Assembly: GCA_020848595.1 (NCBI GenBank)
Contig: JADLHV010000099.1
Span: 1-27,809 of the forward strand
DNA length: 27,809 nucleotides
Direction of reading: 5' to 3'
Source of the DNA: Bacteroidia bacterium
Lineage (GTDB): Bacteria; Bacteroidota; Bacteroidia; NS11-12g; UBA955
This document shows positions 1 to 7,820 of the stretch, in pieces. The stretch's first letter is position 1; each line of letters begins with the position of its first letter. A program made the translations under genes and the position numbers. The notes under the pieces are model-generated. The model saw nothing but the letters and a program-made list of their open reading frames with translations. It made no database searches and had not been told where the DNA came from.

Positions 1-1
1 A

Positions 2-133
2 TGTATTGGCACCGACTCACAAGTAAAGCAAAACATTGTTGAATTTGCCACTGCCATTGTTTTCATAAGAGAAAAGCATGGTGGATGTATGTTTTTCAAT
101 TCCTTTATCACCCAAAACCATTTTTCAATTAAA
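2..133 (+). pseudogene. Ribonuclease H-like YkuK-family gene fragment (5' part outside the window, apparently 3'-truncated)
   Basis: Frame +2 reads CIGTDSQVKQNIVEFATAIVFIREKHGGCMFFNSFITQNHFSIK, matching the GTDSQ / EFATxIVF motifs I recognise from YkuK-family proteins. After SIK (pos 133) the frame runs antisense into selD and stops at TGA 209-211 without the expected C-terminal half. Not in the ORF track. Confidence 0.7.
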
Positions 134-1115
134 TTAAAATCATTTTACCAGAAGCGTTTACTTCTCCAATTTTACAAACTCCTGGTCTATTTATTTCTTT
201 TGAGCATGTGAACATTAATCCACCGCTAGTTTGTGGATCGCAAAGCCATAGAAACTCCAATCCATTTAAACCTTCAGTTCTATCTTTTATAAAATTATAA
301 TTGCTAGTTGTAATATTAGGATAAATCATTTTTGAGGCTATTACTTTAGCTTCTTCAATCACAGGAATTTCGATTAAATTTAAATTTGCGCCTAAATTTT
401 TTCCTAACATTTCAGACAAATGACCGAGCAATCCGAATCCAGTAACATCCGTCATAGCGGTTATTTCGGGCATTGCACCTAGCTCCAATCCAAGAATATT
501 TAATTGAGTCGCGTACTTTAATAACTGAGCATAACCATCTTCACTTATCTGGTCTAATTTTACAGCATTAGCCAATAATCCCAAACCAAGGGGTTTAGTT
601 AAATAGATCTTATCACCCACTAAACAAGTAGAATTTCTTTTAAGATTTTGAGATACAATCGTACCACTAACAGACAATCCAAAAATGGGTTCTGCTGAGT
701 CGACACTATGACCACCAGAAATTGAAATACCAGCTTGAACACAAATTTCTTGAGCACCTTTTAAAACCAAACTCGCATCATCAAGAGAAATTTTTTCGAG
801 TGGCCAACCAAGGATTGAGAGAGCGGTTAAAGGTTTTCCACCCATGGCATACACATCACTTATTGCATTTGCTGCTGCAATTCTTCCAAAATCATACGGA
901 TCCTTAACCACGGGCAAAAAGAAATCGACAGTTTGAATAAGCAACAATCCATTGCCTAAATCCATTACAGAGGCATCATCACTCGTTCTAAAATCAATTA
1001 AATTCCGAGGATCCGACGAATGTTTGATAGACTTTAAAATTAATCCAAGTTTAGCAGGTTCGATTTTACAACCACAGCCTCCTCCTTTCGAAAATTCTAG
1101 GAGATTACAAGGCAT
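129..1115 (-). CDS. selD: Selenide, water dikinase (selenophosphate synthetase), Cys form
   Basis: N-terminal GGGCGCK motif, DDASV, QTVDFF, GRIAAANAISDVYAMGG, GGHSV, MTDVTGFGLLGHL, DPQTSGGL. Confidence 0.96.
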   Translation of the reverse strand: MPCNLLEFSKGGGCGCKIEPAKLGLILKSIKHSSDPRNLIDFRTSDDASVMDLGNGLLLIQTVDFFLPVVKDPYDFGRIAAANAISDVYAMGGKPLTALSILGWPLEKISLDDASLVLKGAQEICVQAGISISGGHSVDSAEPIFGLSVSGTIVSQNLKRNSTCLVGDKIYLTKPLGLGLLANAVKLDQISEDGYAQLLKYATQLNILGLELGAMPEITAMTDVTGFGLLGHLSEMLGKNLGANLNLIEIPVIEEAKVIASKMIYPNITTSNYNFIKDRTEGLNGLEFLWLCDPQTSGGLMFTCSKEINRPGVCKIGEVNASGKMILI

Positions 1116-2094
1116 ATCGAATCATAATTTCCCTTCTGGAACCATCCTTAAAGATTAAAATCGCATGATTAATATCCTTTAAAGTATGCGGTTTGGTTAA
1201 TATCTCAATAGATTGAATATCGGATTCCTTATCTAAATTAACTAGCCTAAGCGCTATATCAGATTTTTTTATTTGAGTTAAACTATCCTTCTCAAAAATA
1301 AAATTTTTAAAACCTGCTTCTTTAACATCATCAAGCGTAATAGCATAACGACCATCTCTAAGTAGAGTATAAGAATTACTTCTATAAATATGTGGTTTGC
1401 TAAATTCAGAAATTAAAGAATCCAATCGTTTCTCAGGTCTCAAGTGCAAAGTATATCCATTCATACAGGTAATAAACAACATATTATTTCTAAAATAGAA
1501 TTGAGTATTACTTTCAATACTTTCCATAATTATTCTTTCAAGAGAATCGTTTTGGCAACTCTTAAGTGTAGAAGTCATAAGACCAAAATTAATTTGACCT
1601 TCTAAAACTTCAGCATTTCCAGCAAAAGAATTACATCCACCAAAACCATACACCACATGACTATCTAGGTCGAATTGCATCCAAGCACCCAAGGGTCTAA
1701 CACGCGGAATCATACTACTAACACTTTGAATATTTATTAATTTCCAACGCGTTGCACCTAAAATTTCTCTTTGCTTTAAAACCGTATTTTTTGTTTCAAC
1801 AGTTCTATGGTATTTATAAGTAAATTGAGGTCCATCTGGCAATGGGTCTATAATTGGGGTCACAGTTAACTCAATTAATACTTCAACACCCGGCTCCCAA
1901 ATAAAGCCTTCAATTTCGTGCTGAAAAGGCTTCCAAGTACTATCAGGAGAACTTCTTACTTGTAAACAAGACATCATAATATTGCCGTATTGACAAGCGA
2001 TTTTAGCGTCCGCTATATACCAATATTTAAGAGATTGGGCATTAGCTGCCAAGACTGTTACGATCATCAATGTAATTAAACTCAACTTTTTCAT
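1105..2094 (-). CDS. Exported protein with DUF4377 and META domains plus an unassigned C-terminal region
   Basis: Sec signal (MKKLSLITLMIVTVLAANA-Q); DUF4377-like C...CLQVR...IEGFIWEPG; META-like WKL...GFGGCNSFAG...FG...STLKSC. Overlaps the mnmH stop (ATGA) and the selD start. Confidence 0.75.
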   Translation of the reverse strand: MKKLSLITLMIVTVLAANAQSLKYWYIADAKIACQYGNIMMSCLQVRSSPDSTWKPFQHEIEGFIWEPGVEVLIELTVTPIIDPLPDGPQFTYKYHRTVETKNTVLKQREILGATRWKLINIQSVSSMIPRVRPLGAWMQFDLDSHVVYGFGGCNSFAGNAEVLEGQINFGLMTSTLKSCQNDSLERIIMESIESNTQFYFRNNMLFITCMNGYTLHLRPEKRLDSLISEFSKPHIYRSNSYTLLRDGRYAITLDDVKEAGFKNFIFEKDSLTQIKKSDIALRLVNLDKESDIQSIEILTKPHTLKDINHAILIFKDGSRREIMIRYAL

Positions 2095-3128
2095 TCTTTT
2101 GCAAATTTATTATTTTTCAAGACATAGGATTGTAAATATTCTGCAATAATGCGAGGTTTTAATTGACTAAACGGTAATTTGACGGAAATTTGACGTTGAC
2201 GTTTCAACCTACTCATTTCATAAGCTTTATCGTAATAGACGAGCAATCGCTTAACAACTGGCTCTAAATCACCGATTTCCGTCAAAGCACAGAGCAATCG
2301 CATCTCTTCATCACCCAATCTTTTTCTGAGAAATTTAATACTGTTTGACAATTCCTCTAAATCAAAATCACCATAAATTTCCAAGGTATGTTTAATTCTT
2401 TCTTCTAGATTGATATCAATTTCAATAACAGGAGCCAATTTCATAAGATGCCAAAGCTCTTCAGGGATATAAACTTTTCCAACCAAAATACTTTCATTTT
2501 CGATCCATAAGTTTCGATTAAAATCATAATTTTTCAATACTTCATATATCTTATTATGAAACTGAGTAGAACTTGGCTGAGCTTGCTGACCTAATCCTCC
2601 AAATGCACTTCCTCTATGATTGGCAAGCGCTTCTAAATCTAGAACTTGTTCACCTAATTGCATGAGTTCATTCAATACTTCTGTTTTACCACTTCCAGTA
2701 TAACCACTAAGAATAAGGATATTTTGAAACTTATTAAAAAAATCAATAGCGTGATTTCTATAAGCTTTATATCCTTCCTTTAGCATGATTACATTGTAAC
2801 CATTATCAGAAAAAAAAGCAGACATCAATTGACTTCTTAATCCACCCCGTGCACAATACACTCGAATATCCGTTTTATCAGTTTTATCTTTAAGGTCTTG
2901 AAGAATTTGATTTTTTATTGGATCAACCAATTTATGTCCCAATGCGATAGCAGCGTCTTTACCTTCCATTTTATATACCACACCAATATGGTGCCTATGT
3001 TCGTTATTCAACAAAGGCACATTTATGGCACCTGGAATATGACTTTCTTCATATTCCCCCGGAGAGCGCACATCAATAATAGGGAAAAGTAATGATTGAA
3101 AATCGACAACTGACTTGACTTGTATCAT
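2091..3128 (-). CDS. mnmH: tRNA 2-selenouridine(34) synthase MnmH/SelU/YbbB
   Basis: Rhodanese domain IDVRSPGEY..SHIPGAIN and YCARGGLRS; P-loop GYTGSGKT; DLEALANHRGSAFG; adjacent selD. Confidence 0.95.
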   Translation of the reverse strand: MIQVKSVVDFQSLLFPIIDVRSPGEYEESHIPGAINVPLLNNEHRHHIGVVYKMEGKDAAIALGHKLVDPIKNQILQDLKDKTDKTDIRVYCARGGLRSQLMSAFFSDNGYNVIMLKEGYKAYRNHAIDFFNKFQNILILSGYTGSGKTEVLNELMQLGEQVLDLEALANHRGSAFGGLGQQAQPSSTQFHNKIYEVLKNYDFNRNLWIENESILVGKVYIPEELWHLMKLAPVIEIDINLEERIKHTLEIYGDFDLEELSNSIKFLRKRLGDEEMRLLCALTEIGDLEPVVKRLLVYYDKAYEMSRLKRQRQISVKLPFSQLKPRIIAEYLQSYVLKNNKFAKE

Positions 3129-4378
3129 TCATCAATAAGATTTTCATCACCACCTAAATCCAAAGCTTTGATATCTGAAACCGCAGAACCTGCAATACCT
3201 TTAATACTTCCGTACATACCAACTGCATTGAGCAATACCTTATCAATTTGTTTCTCGCGTTCTTTCCATATTTTTTCCATAGCAGAGCGTTCACTTATAA
3301 TGGCTTTTTTCATACTCATAAAACCTTCTGTAATGGCTTCAATTTGGTGTTTAAATTCATTTCCCGTTAAAAAACTATAAAGCATTTGCATTTTTTCACC
3401 TTTATTTTCATTAGCAGAAACAGCATCACTTACCTTTATTAAACTATTACGCAAAACTAAGGCCAAGCTTTTTGCTTCGTGATAAGAACAAATATAAATA
3501 CCTTCTTTCAAACCAAAACCATCCATATCTTTAGGCATAGCTTGAGTAACAATTACACCAATATCACCGCCACTTTGTCTAAAATCAGCTTTAAATTTCT
3601 CTATCCACAAAGGTTGAAACTCTTTAGTACGTTTACTTTCCCAGACAATAGTTCCACATGCTTGACCCTGAGCATTCAATACAGTTTGAATTAAATCGGC
3701 ACCTTTAACGCCCTTACCTACTTCAGTAATTTGATCAAAAATAAATGTCTGTTTTAGCATTTCTTCAAGAGCTAATTCTTGCACCTCACCTTGTAATTGC
3801 ATACTACCCTGCTCCGATTTGCGTTTCATTTCTTCAATCAACTTTTTCTGATCATCCAGTTGTTTATTTAACTCCTTTATAACCAATTCGCTCTTTTGTT
3901 CAACCTCTTTAGATAGCTTTTCCTTCATTAACACTTCATGTTCCAAAATTTTCTTTTTGGTTTCCAATTCATGCAATTCAGACATTTCCTTCATTCGTTT
4001 TTCCATTTCCAATTTTTCAACTTCCATGCGACGAAAAGTCTTTAGCTTCTCTTCTTGTTCTTCATTGTTTTTCCGCAGAGATGTCATTAGTTCTTCGTGT
4101 TCCTGAGTTAATTTCGACTTTATTAACTCTTCCATTTCTTTGCGCTTTTCGCTCAATTCCTTTTGCTGCTGTTCAATAAAAGACTTGCGTTCTATGGCTA
4201 ACTGTTCATCACGCAGCTTGGCACCTTCTTCTAGTTTCTTCTTTTCTATGGCGTATTTCTCATTAAGTTCTTTGCGCAGTTTGGCATCAATTTCTTTTTC
4301 CAAATCTGCTGTCATGGCTGATTCAATGCTAAATTGAGTTTTACAACTTGGACAAGTAACCAGATTATTCGCTTTCAT
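3125..4378 (-). CDS. DUF2130 family protein (CxxC, long coiled coil, RmuC-like C-terminal domain)
   Basis: N-terminal CPSCK, E/K-rich coiled coil, SMQLQGEVQELALE, IVWESKRTK, C-terminal ER.AMEKIWKEREKQI. Confidence 0.85.
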   Translation of the reverse strand: MKANNLVTCPSCKTQFSIESAMTADLEKEIDAKLRKELNEKYAIEKKKLEEGAKLRDEQLAIERKSFIEQQQKELSEKRKEMEELIKSKLTQEHEELMTSLRKNNEEQEEKLKTFRRMEVEKLEMEKRMKEMSELHELETKKKILEHEVLMKEKLSKEVEQKSELVIKELNKQLDDQKKLIEEMKRKSEQGSMQLQGEVQELALEEMLKQTFIFDQITEVGKGVKGADLIQTVLNAQGQACGTIVWESKRTKEFQPLWIEKFKADFRQSGGDIGVIVTQAMPKDMDGFGLKEGIYICSYHEAKSLALVLRNSLIKVSDAVSANENKGEKMQMLYSFLTGNEFKHQIEAITEGFMSMKKAIISERSAMEKIWKEREKQIDKVLLNAVGMYGSIKGIAGSAVSDIKALDLGGDENLIDE

Positions 4379-4382
4379 GAGG

Positions 4383-4390
4383 CGAATTTA
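4383..4390 (-). promoter_or_regulatory. Bacteroidota -7 box variant (TAAATTCG) for the DUF2130-mnmH-META-selD operon
   Basis: One mismatch to TAnnTTTG, 4 nt upstream of the ATG at 4378. Confidence 0.45.
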
Positions 4391-4504
4391 ATGAAATGTT
4401 GTGGCTTATTAATTTAATAGAAATAAATACGGTATAGAAATGAATTATAAACTTAATTTTAAGATTCTAAAGATTAACTTGAGCATTTAAACTCTTCACA
4501 AATA

Positions 4505-4526
4505 AAATAGGTTCGACCTCCTATTT
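4505..4526 (-). terminator. Possible weak terminator hairpin
   Basis: AAATAGG/CCTATTT 7-bp stem with 8-nt loop, followed on the minus strand by a T-rich run; about 160 nt past the methyltransferase stop. Confidence 0.3.
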
Positions 4527-4684
4527 ACGTCAAATTCCAATTAAAAAATGAATGTTATAACTTAATATAATATTCGATATTTATAGCCGAAAACAGTTGA
4601 AAACATTCGATAAATTATCATCTACAAGATTCAAACTTAACTGAATAAAACATCAAAAAAAAGAGGCTAATAATTAGATAAACA

Positions 4685-5296
4685 CTACTTTTTTGTTCCA
4701 ACAAATCTAATGACTTTGCCAATTCCATTGTGATATAGACCTTCACTTAATTCGACCTCAACATCTTCGAGAATTTGAACATCAAAGCCTTCGAAATCAC
4801 TTTTAATTTCATCTAAAGAAAATAGCATATCAATATCTTTAGGACCACCAACTTTGGGATTATGAGACGAATAATTCAAATGATCTTTACTAAAAGCTTC
4901 AAAAATCAATGTGCCACAAGGTTTCAGGAATCTAAGTAAATGTTTATGGAAATTTGATTTTACTTCAGCAGGAAAATGAGCATAAACAAGACCTATAACA
5001 TCAAATTCAGCATCAATATAAGGTAGTTTATAAATATCCTCAACAATATAATCAATATCAACTCCGATGCGCTTTGCTAAATTATTCGCTTTATGTTTAC
5101 CTTGAATACTTTGATCAAAAGCCTTTGAAACCCATCCTTTAGAAGCAGCATAAACAGCATTTCTACCTTCACCTTCAGCAGGAAATAAAATAGTCCCAGG
5201 AGTTAATTTATCTAATTCTTGTTTAAGAAAACTGTTCGGCAATTCGCCATAAGCATATTCAATTTGAGCATAACGTTCATTCCAATGTTGTAGCAT
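4685..5296 (-). CDS. Class I SAM-dependent methyltransferase (TehB/TPMT-like)
   Basis: WNERY...YAYGELPN start, motif I variant LFPAEGEGRNA, LIFEAF. Confidence 0.85.
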   Translation of the reverse strand: MLQHWNERYAQIEYAYGELPNSFLKQELDKLTPGTILFPAEGEGRNAVYAASKGWVSKAFDQSIQGKHKANNLAKRIGVDIDYIVEDIYKLPYIDAEFDVIGLVYAHFPAEVKSNFHKHLLRFLKPCGTLIFEAFSKDHLNYSSHNPKVGGPKDIDMLFSLDEIKSDFEGFDVQILEDVEVELSEGLYHNGIGKVIRFVGTKK

Positions 5297-5301
5297 GCGT
5301 A

Positions 5302-5874
5302 TTATTTAATTTTAAATGTATGAATAATTCTATCAAACAAAGGTTCAATATCAGGGAAAGCCGACAATTCACTTGTTAAAGTCCAAATATACCCCTTACC
5401 ATTTATTAAAAATATATACTGTTCCCATTGAATTTTATATTTTCCTTGCGAGCCCATAAAGACTAGCTTCTGCCCTTCCATACCATTAATTTTTATCGGA
5501 ACATTCTCTAACATAACAAAGTTCTTAATAGACGTTTGATATTGAATTTCGGAAGCCTCCACATAATGTTCCAGTTTAGCATCTGGATTATTATTAATTT
5601 CAGACATTAAACTAATATTTTCCATAAAAGAGTCTAACTCAGATTCTTGTTTGGTAAACATTTGAATTCGAGTGCCTACAACCCCTACAAGTGACACATC
5701 TAAATATTTAGGAAAAGAAACATAATAATCCGAATCATTATATTTAAACCAATTAGGAAAAGTTTTAATTGAATCAGACTGTGCATTTGCTAAAATTGGA
5801 TAAAATGATAACAAGACAAGCCAAAGCGATAAATTACTTCGATTTCTAAGCATAATAACTTGACGAAAATACAT
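5302..5874 (-). CDS. Exported PsbP/DcrB-like protein
   Basis: Signal peptide ending ANA-Q; ENISLM, INGMEGQKLVF, QYIFLINGKGYIWT, FDRIIHTFKIK resemble the PsbP/Mog1p fold. The start may be at a later Met. Confidence 0.55.
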   Translation of the reverse strand: MYFRQVIMLRNRSNLSLWLVLLSFYPILANAQSDSIKTFPNWFKYNDSDYYVSFPKYLDVSLVGVVGTRIQMFTKQESELDSFMENISLMSEINNNPDAKLEHYVEASEIQYQTSIKNFVMLENVPIKINGMEGQKLVFMGSQGKYKIQWEQYIFLINGKGYIWTLTSELSAFPDIEPLFDRIIHTFKIK

Positions 5875-5906
5875 CCATTTAAGTTGCTTTTACAACTAAT
5901 AAACGA

Positions 5907-7556
5907 TTAATATTCTAGAATCAATTTTCTAGTTACAATTGAAGATTGAGTTTTAATTTGAAGCATGTAAGTACCACCATACTCTAAGCTATTCAAATCA
6001 AAATTAAGAATATTATTTCCAAGGACTGTGTCAGAAACTTGAGCCGAATAAACCAATTCGCCCAGATAATTAAACAAACTAATTTCAACAGGTTCTAGTT
6101 GATTTAAAGTAAAATGCAATTCAAATTCACCATTATTAGGATTAGGATAAACACTTATTTGATACAAATCGTTGCTATGTTTATTGATTTGGTGCAATCC
6201 GGATTCAGTATTCTTAAAAAGATACACTTTAAATATTTGACTGCTTGCTTGACTTTGAGAACCGCTATTAACAAAAAAGATATTTTTAGCACTGCTCGCT
6301 ATTCCTCCGAAAATGTAGCCAATCAGTACACTATCTTGTTGTATACTATCTAATTTTAAAACACCGTTAGGATACCATTCTAAATTCTCATTTCTTATAA
6401 ATTCGGCGCTTGCACCCAAAAAAGCAGGCATTTCAACAGGTAATTTATATTCGGCCATACTGCCATCTGCTAAACGAGTTATGCGCGCAATCGTTTTTAC
6501 AAAAGGCACATTATCATCTTGAACTAGAATTCCAGCACTATCATAGAATTGAGCTATACCTCCAAAAAATACAGTGTGCATTTGATTACCTGAAGCGGCA
6601 TAAATAGGCACAACTGGACAATGATAATGATTATAGAACTGTTGAAAGCCACTTTGCACTTGGTAATTTAAACTATCAATATTGACACAATTTAAAAATG
6701 GCAAATCAACATTTAATTGAAACACTCCAGAAAATGCCGTTATACCTTCTGAACCATTAGGTAAAATTTGCGCCACTGCATTATAATCTCTGCGATGCAA
6801 GTTAGCCGTATCTATCAACTCAGAAAGATGAGTGATTGAAATATTCGTACCATCATCTGAAATTTTAAACTTCCTTATTGAATTCGTGTATTGCTGCGTA
6901 TACGTAGGATTTCCCATCGGGTTATAATTACCGTCGAATTTATTACCACCCACGAGATAAAAGACATCATTTATCATTTCGAGATGTCCACCTGTTACTG
7001 CAAATTTAGGATCCGTCACTTGTCTAAATGCGCTGCTTATGGAAGTCGAATTAACAATGGCATTGATTAAAAGAGGCACATCTACAGCAATAAGATTTGG
7101 AAAAGTTTTTCTACTTGCGCTATGAGCATTATAACCATATCCACCAAGAATATATAAATATCGACCTTCTTGATGAAATTCCATATTAGTAGAGCTCAAT
7201 TGCTCTTGCAACTCAATCGATAAAGAAGTCAACGATGTTGACCATTTAATTCCCGCAACAGGATCAACAACAAAAATTTGATTATTATTTCCAGCAACAT
7301 CAAAAGCTGCAAATGGTTGTCTTCTGTGTAAACCATCTAATCTACCCCCGATTAATACCCAACGACCACTATCTTGTCCGAAGGCATAAGCTTGCAAGCC
7401 GCCTAATCCTTGAATATTAAAAGATTCTATACTTAGATTAAATGGAGGATTTTGAGCACTTAAATTAGCAAGAAATAAGAAAAAGGAAAATAATAAAAAG
7501 TGTTTTTTGAGCATAAGAACAAAAGTAGAGAATCTTTGTTTGTTTAAAAGTGACAT
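5907..7556 (-). CDS. T9SS type A cargo protein with kelch-like beta-propeller
   Basis: Signal peptide (probable start MLKK at 7514); repeated hydrophobic-GG motifs; CTD VYPNPNNGEF...NYLGELV...GTYMLQI...RKLILE. Confidence 0.8.
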   Translation of the reverse strand: MSLLNKQRFSTFVLMLKKHFLLFSFFLFLANLSAQNPPFNLSIESFNIQGLGGLQAYAFGQDSGRWVLIGGRLDGLHRRQPFAAFDVAGNNNQIFVVDPVAGIKWSTSLTSLSIELQEQLSSTNMEFHQEGRYLYILGGYGYNAHSASRKTFPNLIAVDVPLLINAIVNSTSISSAFRQVTDPKFAVTGGHLEMINDVFYLVGGNKFDGNYNPMGNPTYTQQYTNSIRKFKISDDGTNISITHLSELIDTANLHRRDYNAVAQILPNGSEGITAFSGVFQLNVDLPFLNCVNIDSLNYQVQSGFQQFYNHYHCPVVPIYAASGNQMHTVFFGGIAQFYDSAGILVQDDNVPFVKTIARITRLADGSMAEYKLPVEMPAFLGASAEFIRNENLEWYPNGVLKLDSIQQDSVLIGYIFGGIASSAKNIFFVNSGSQSQASSQIFKVYLFKNTESGLHQINKHSNDLYQISVYPNPNNGEFELHFTLNQLEPVEISLFNYLGELVYSAQVSDTVLGNNILNFDLNSLEYGGTYMLQIKTQSSIVTRKLILEY

Positions 7557-7617
7557 AAGTTACAATAAGAGCTAATCACTGCATAAATTAATCCAGATTA
7601 GCATCAATTTTTTTTCG

Positions 7618-7625
7618 TAAATTTG
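7618..7625 (+). promoter_or_regulatory. -7 box TAAATTTG for tRNA-Arg
   Basis: Exact TAnnTTTG match 10 nt upstream of the tRNA 5' end. Confidence 0.6.
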
Positions 7626-7635
7626 CAGTTTAAGA

Positions 7636-7707
7636 GGCTTTATAGTTCAATGGATAGAATGCGGGTTTCCGAAACCCTCGATTCAGGTTCGACTCCTGAT
7701 AAAGCCA
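7636..7707 (+). tRNA. tRNA-Arg(CCG), CCA not encoded
   Basis: Acceptor GGCTTTA/TAAAGCC; D arm GTTC/GAAT with A20; anticodon loop TTCCGAA (C27-U43 mismatch at the stem top); T arm TCAGG-TTCGACT-CCTGA. Not in the ORF track. Confidence 0.95.
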
Positions 7708-7750
7708 CGAAAATTAAAACCGCCCTAAAGGCGGTTTTTTTATTTTCGTG
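7706..7750 (+). terminator. Intrinsic terminator of tRNA-Arg
   Basis: AAAACCGCC-CTAAA-GGCGGTTTT plus T run (7716-7741); stem extendable by CACGAAAA (7706-7713)/TTTTCGTG (7743-7750). Confidence 0.8.
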
Positions 7751-7751
7751 C

Positions 7752-7791
7752 GTCCCGTACCGTTCCGCCGCGGCGGATCTGGTACTGGGAC
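7752..7791. repeat. Short GC-rich palindromic (REP-like) element
   Basis: GTCCC-GTACC...GGTAC-TGGGAC outer stem around the perfect palindrome TCCGCCGCGGCGGA (7764-7777). Confidence 0.55.
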
Positions 7792-7820
7792 ATCCTATCT
7801 AATAAATTAAAAATTTCAAA

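Noticed and set aside
129-4378. Selenocysteine (UGA read-through) in or near the selenium operon
   Set aside because: SelD has Cys in GGGCGCK; the TGA codons at 2091 and 3125 are ordinary ATGA stop/start overlaps; no selA/selB/tRNA-Sec seen
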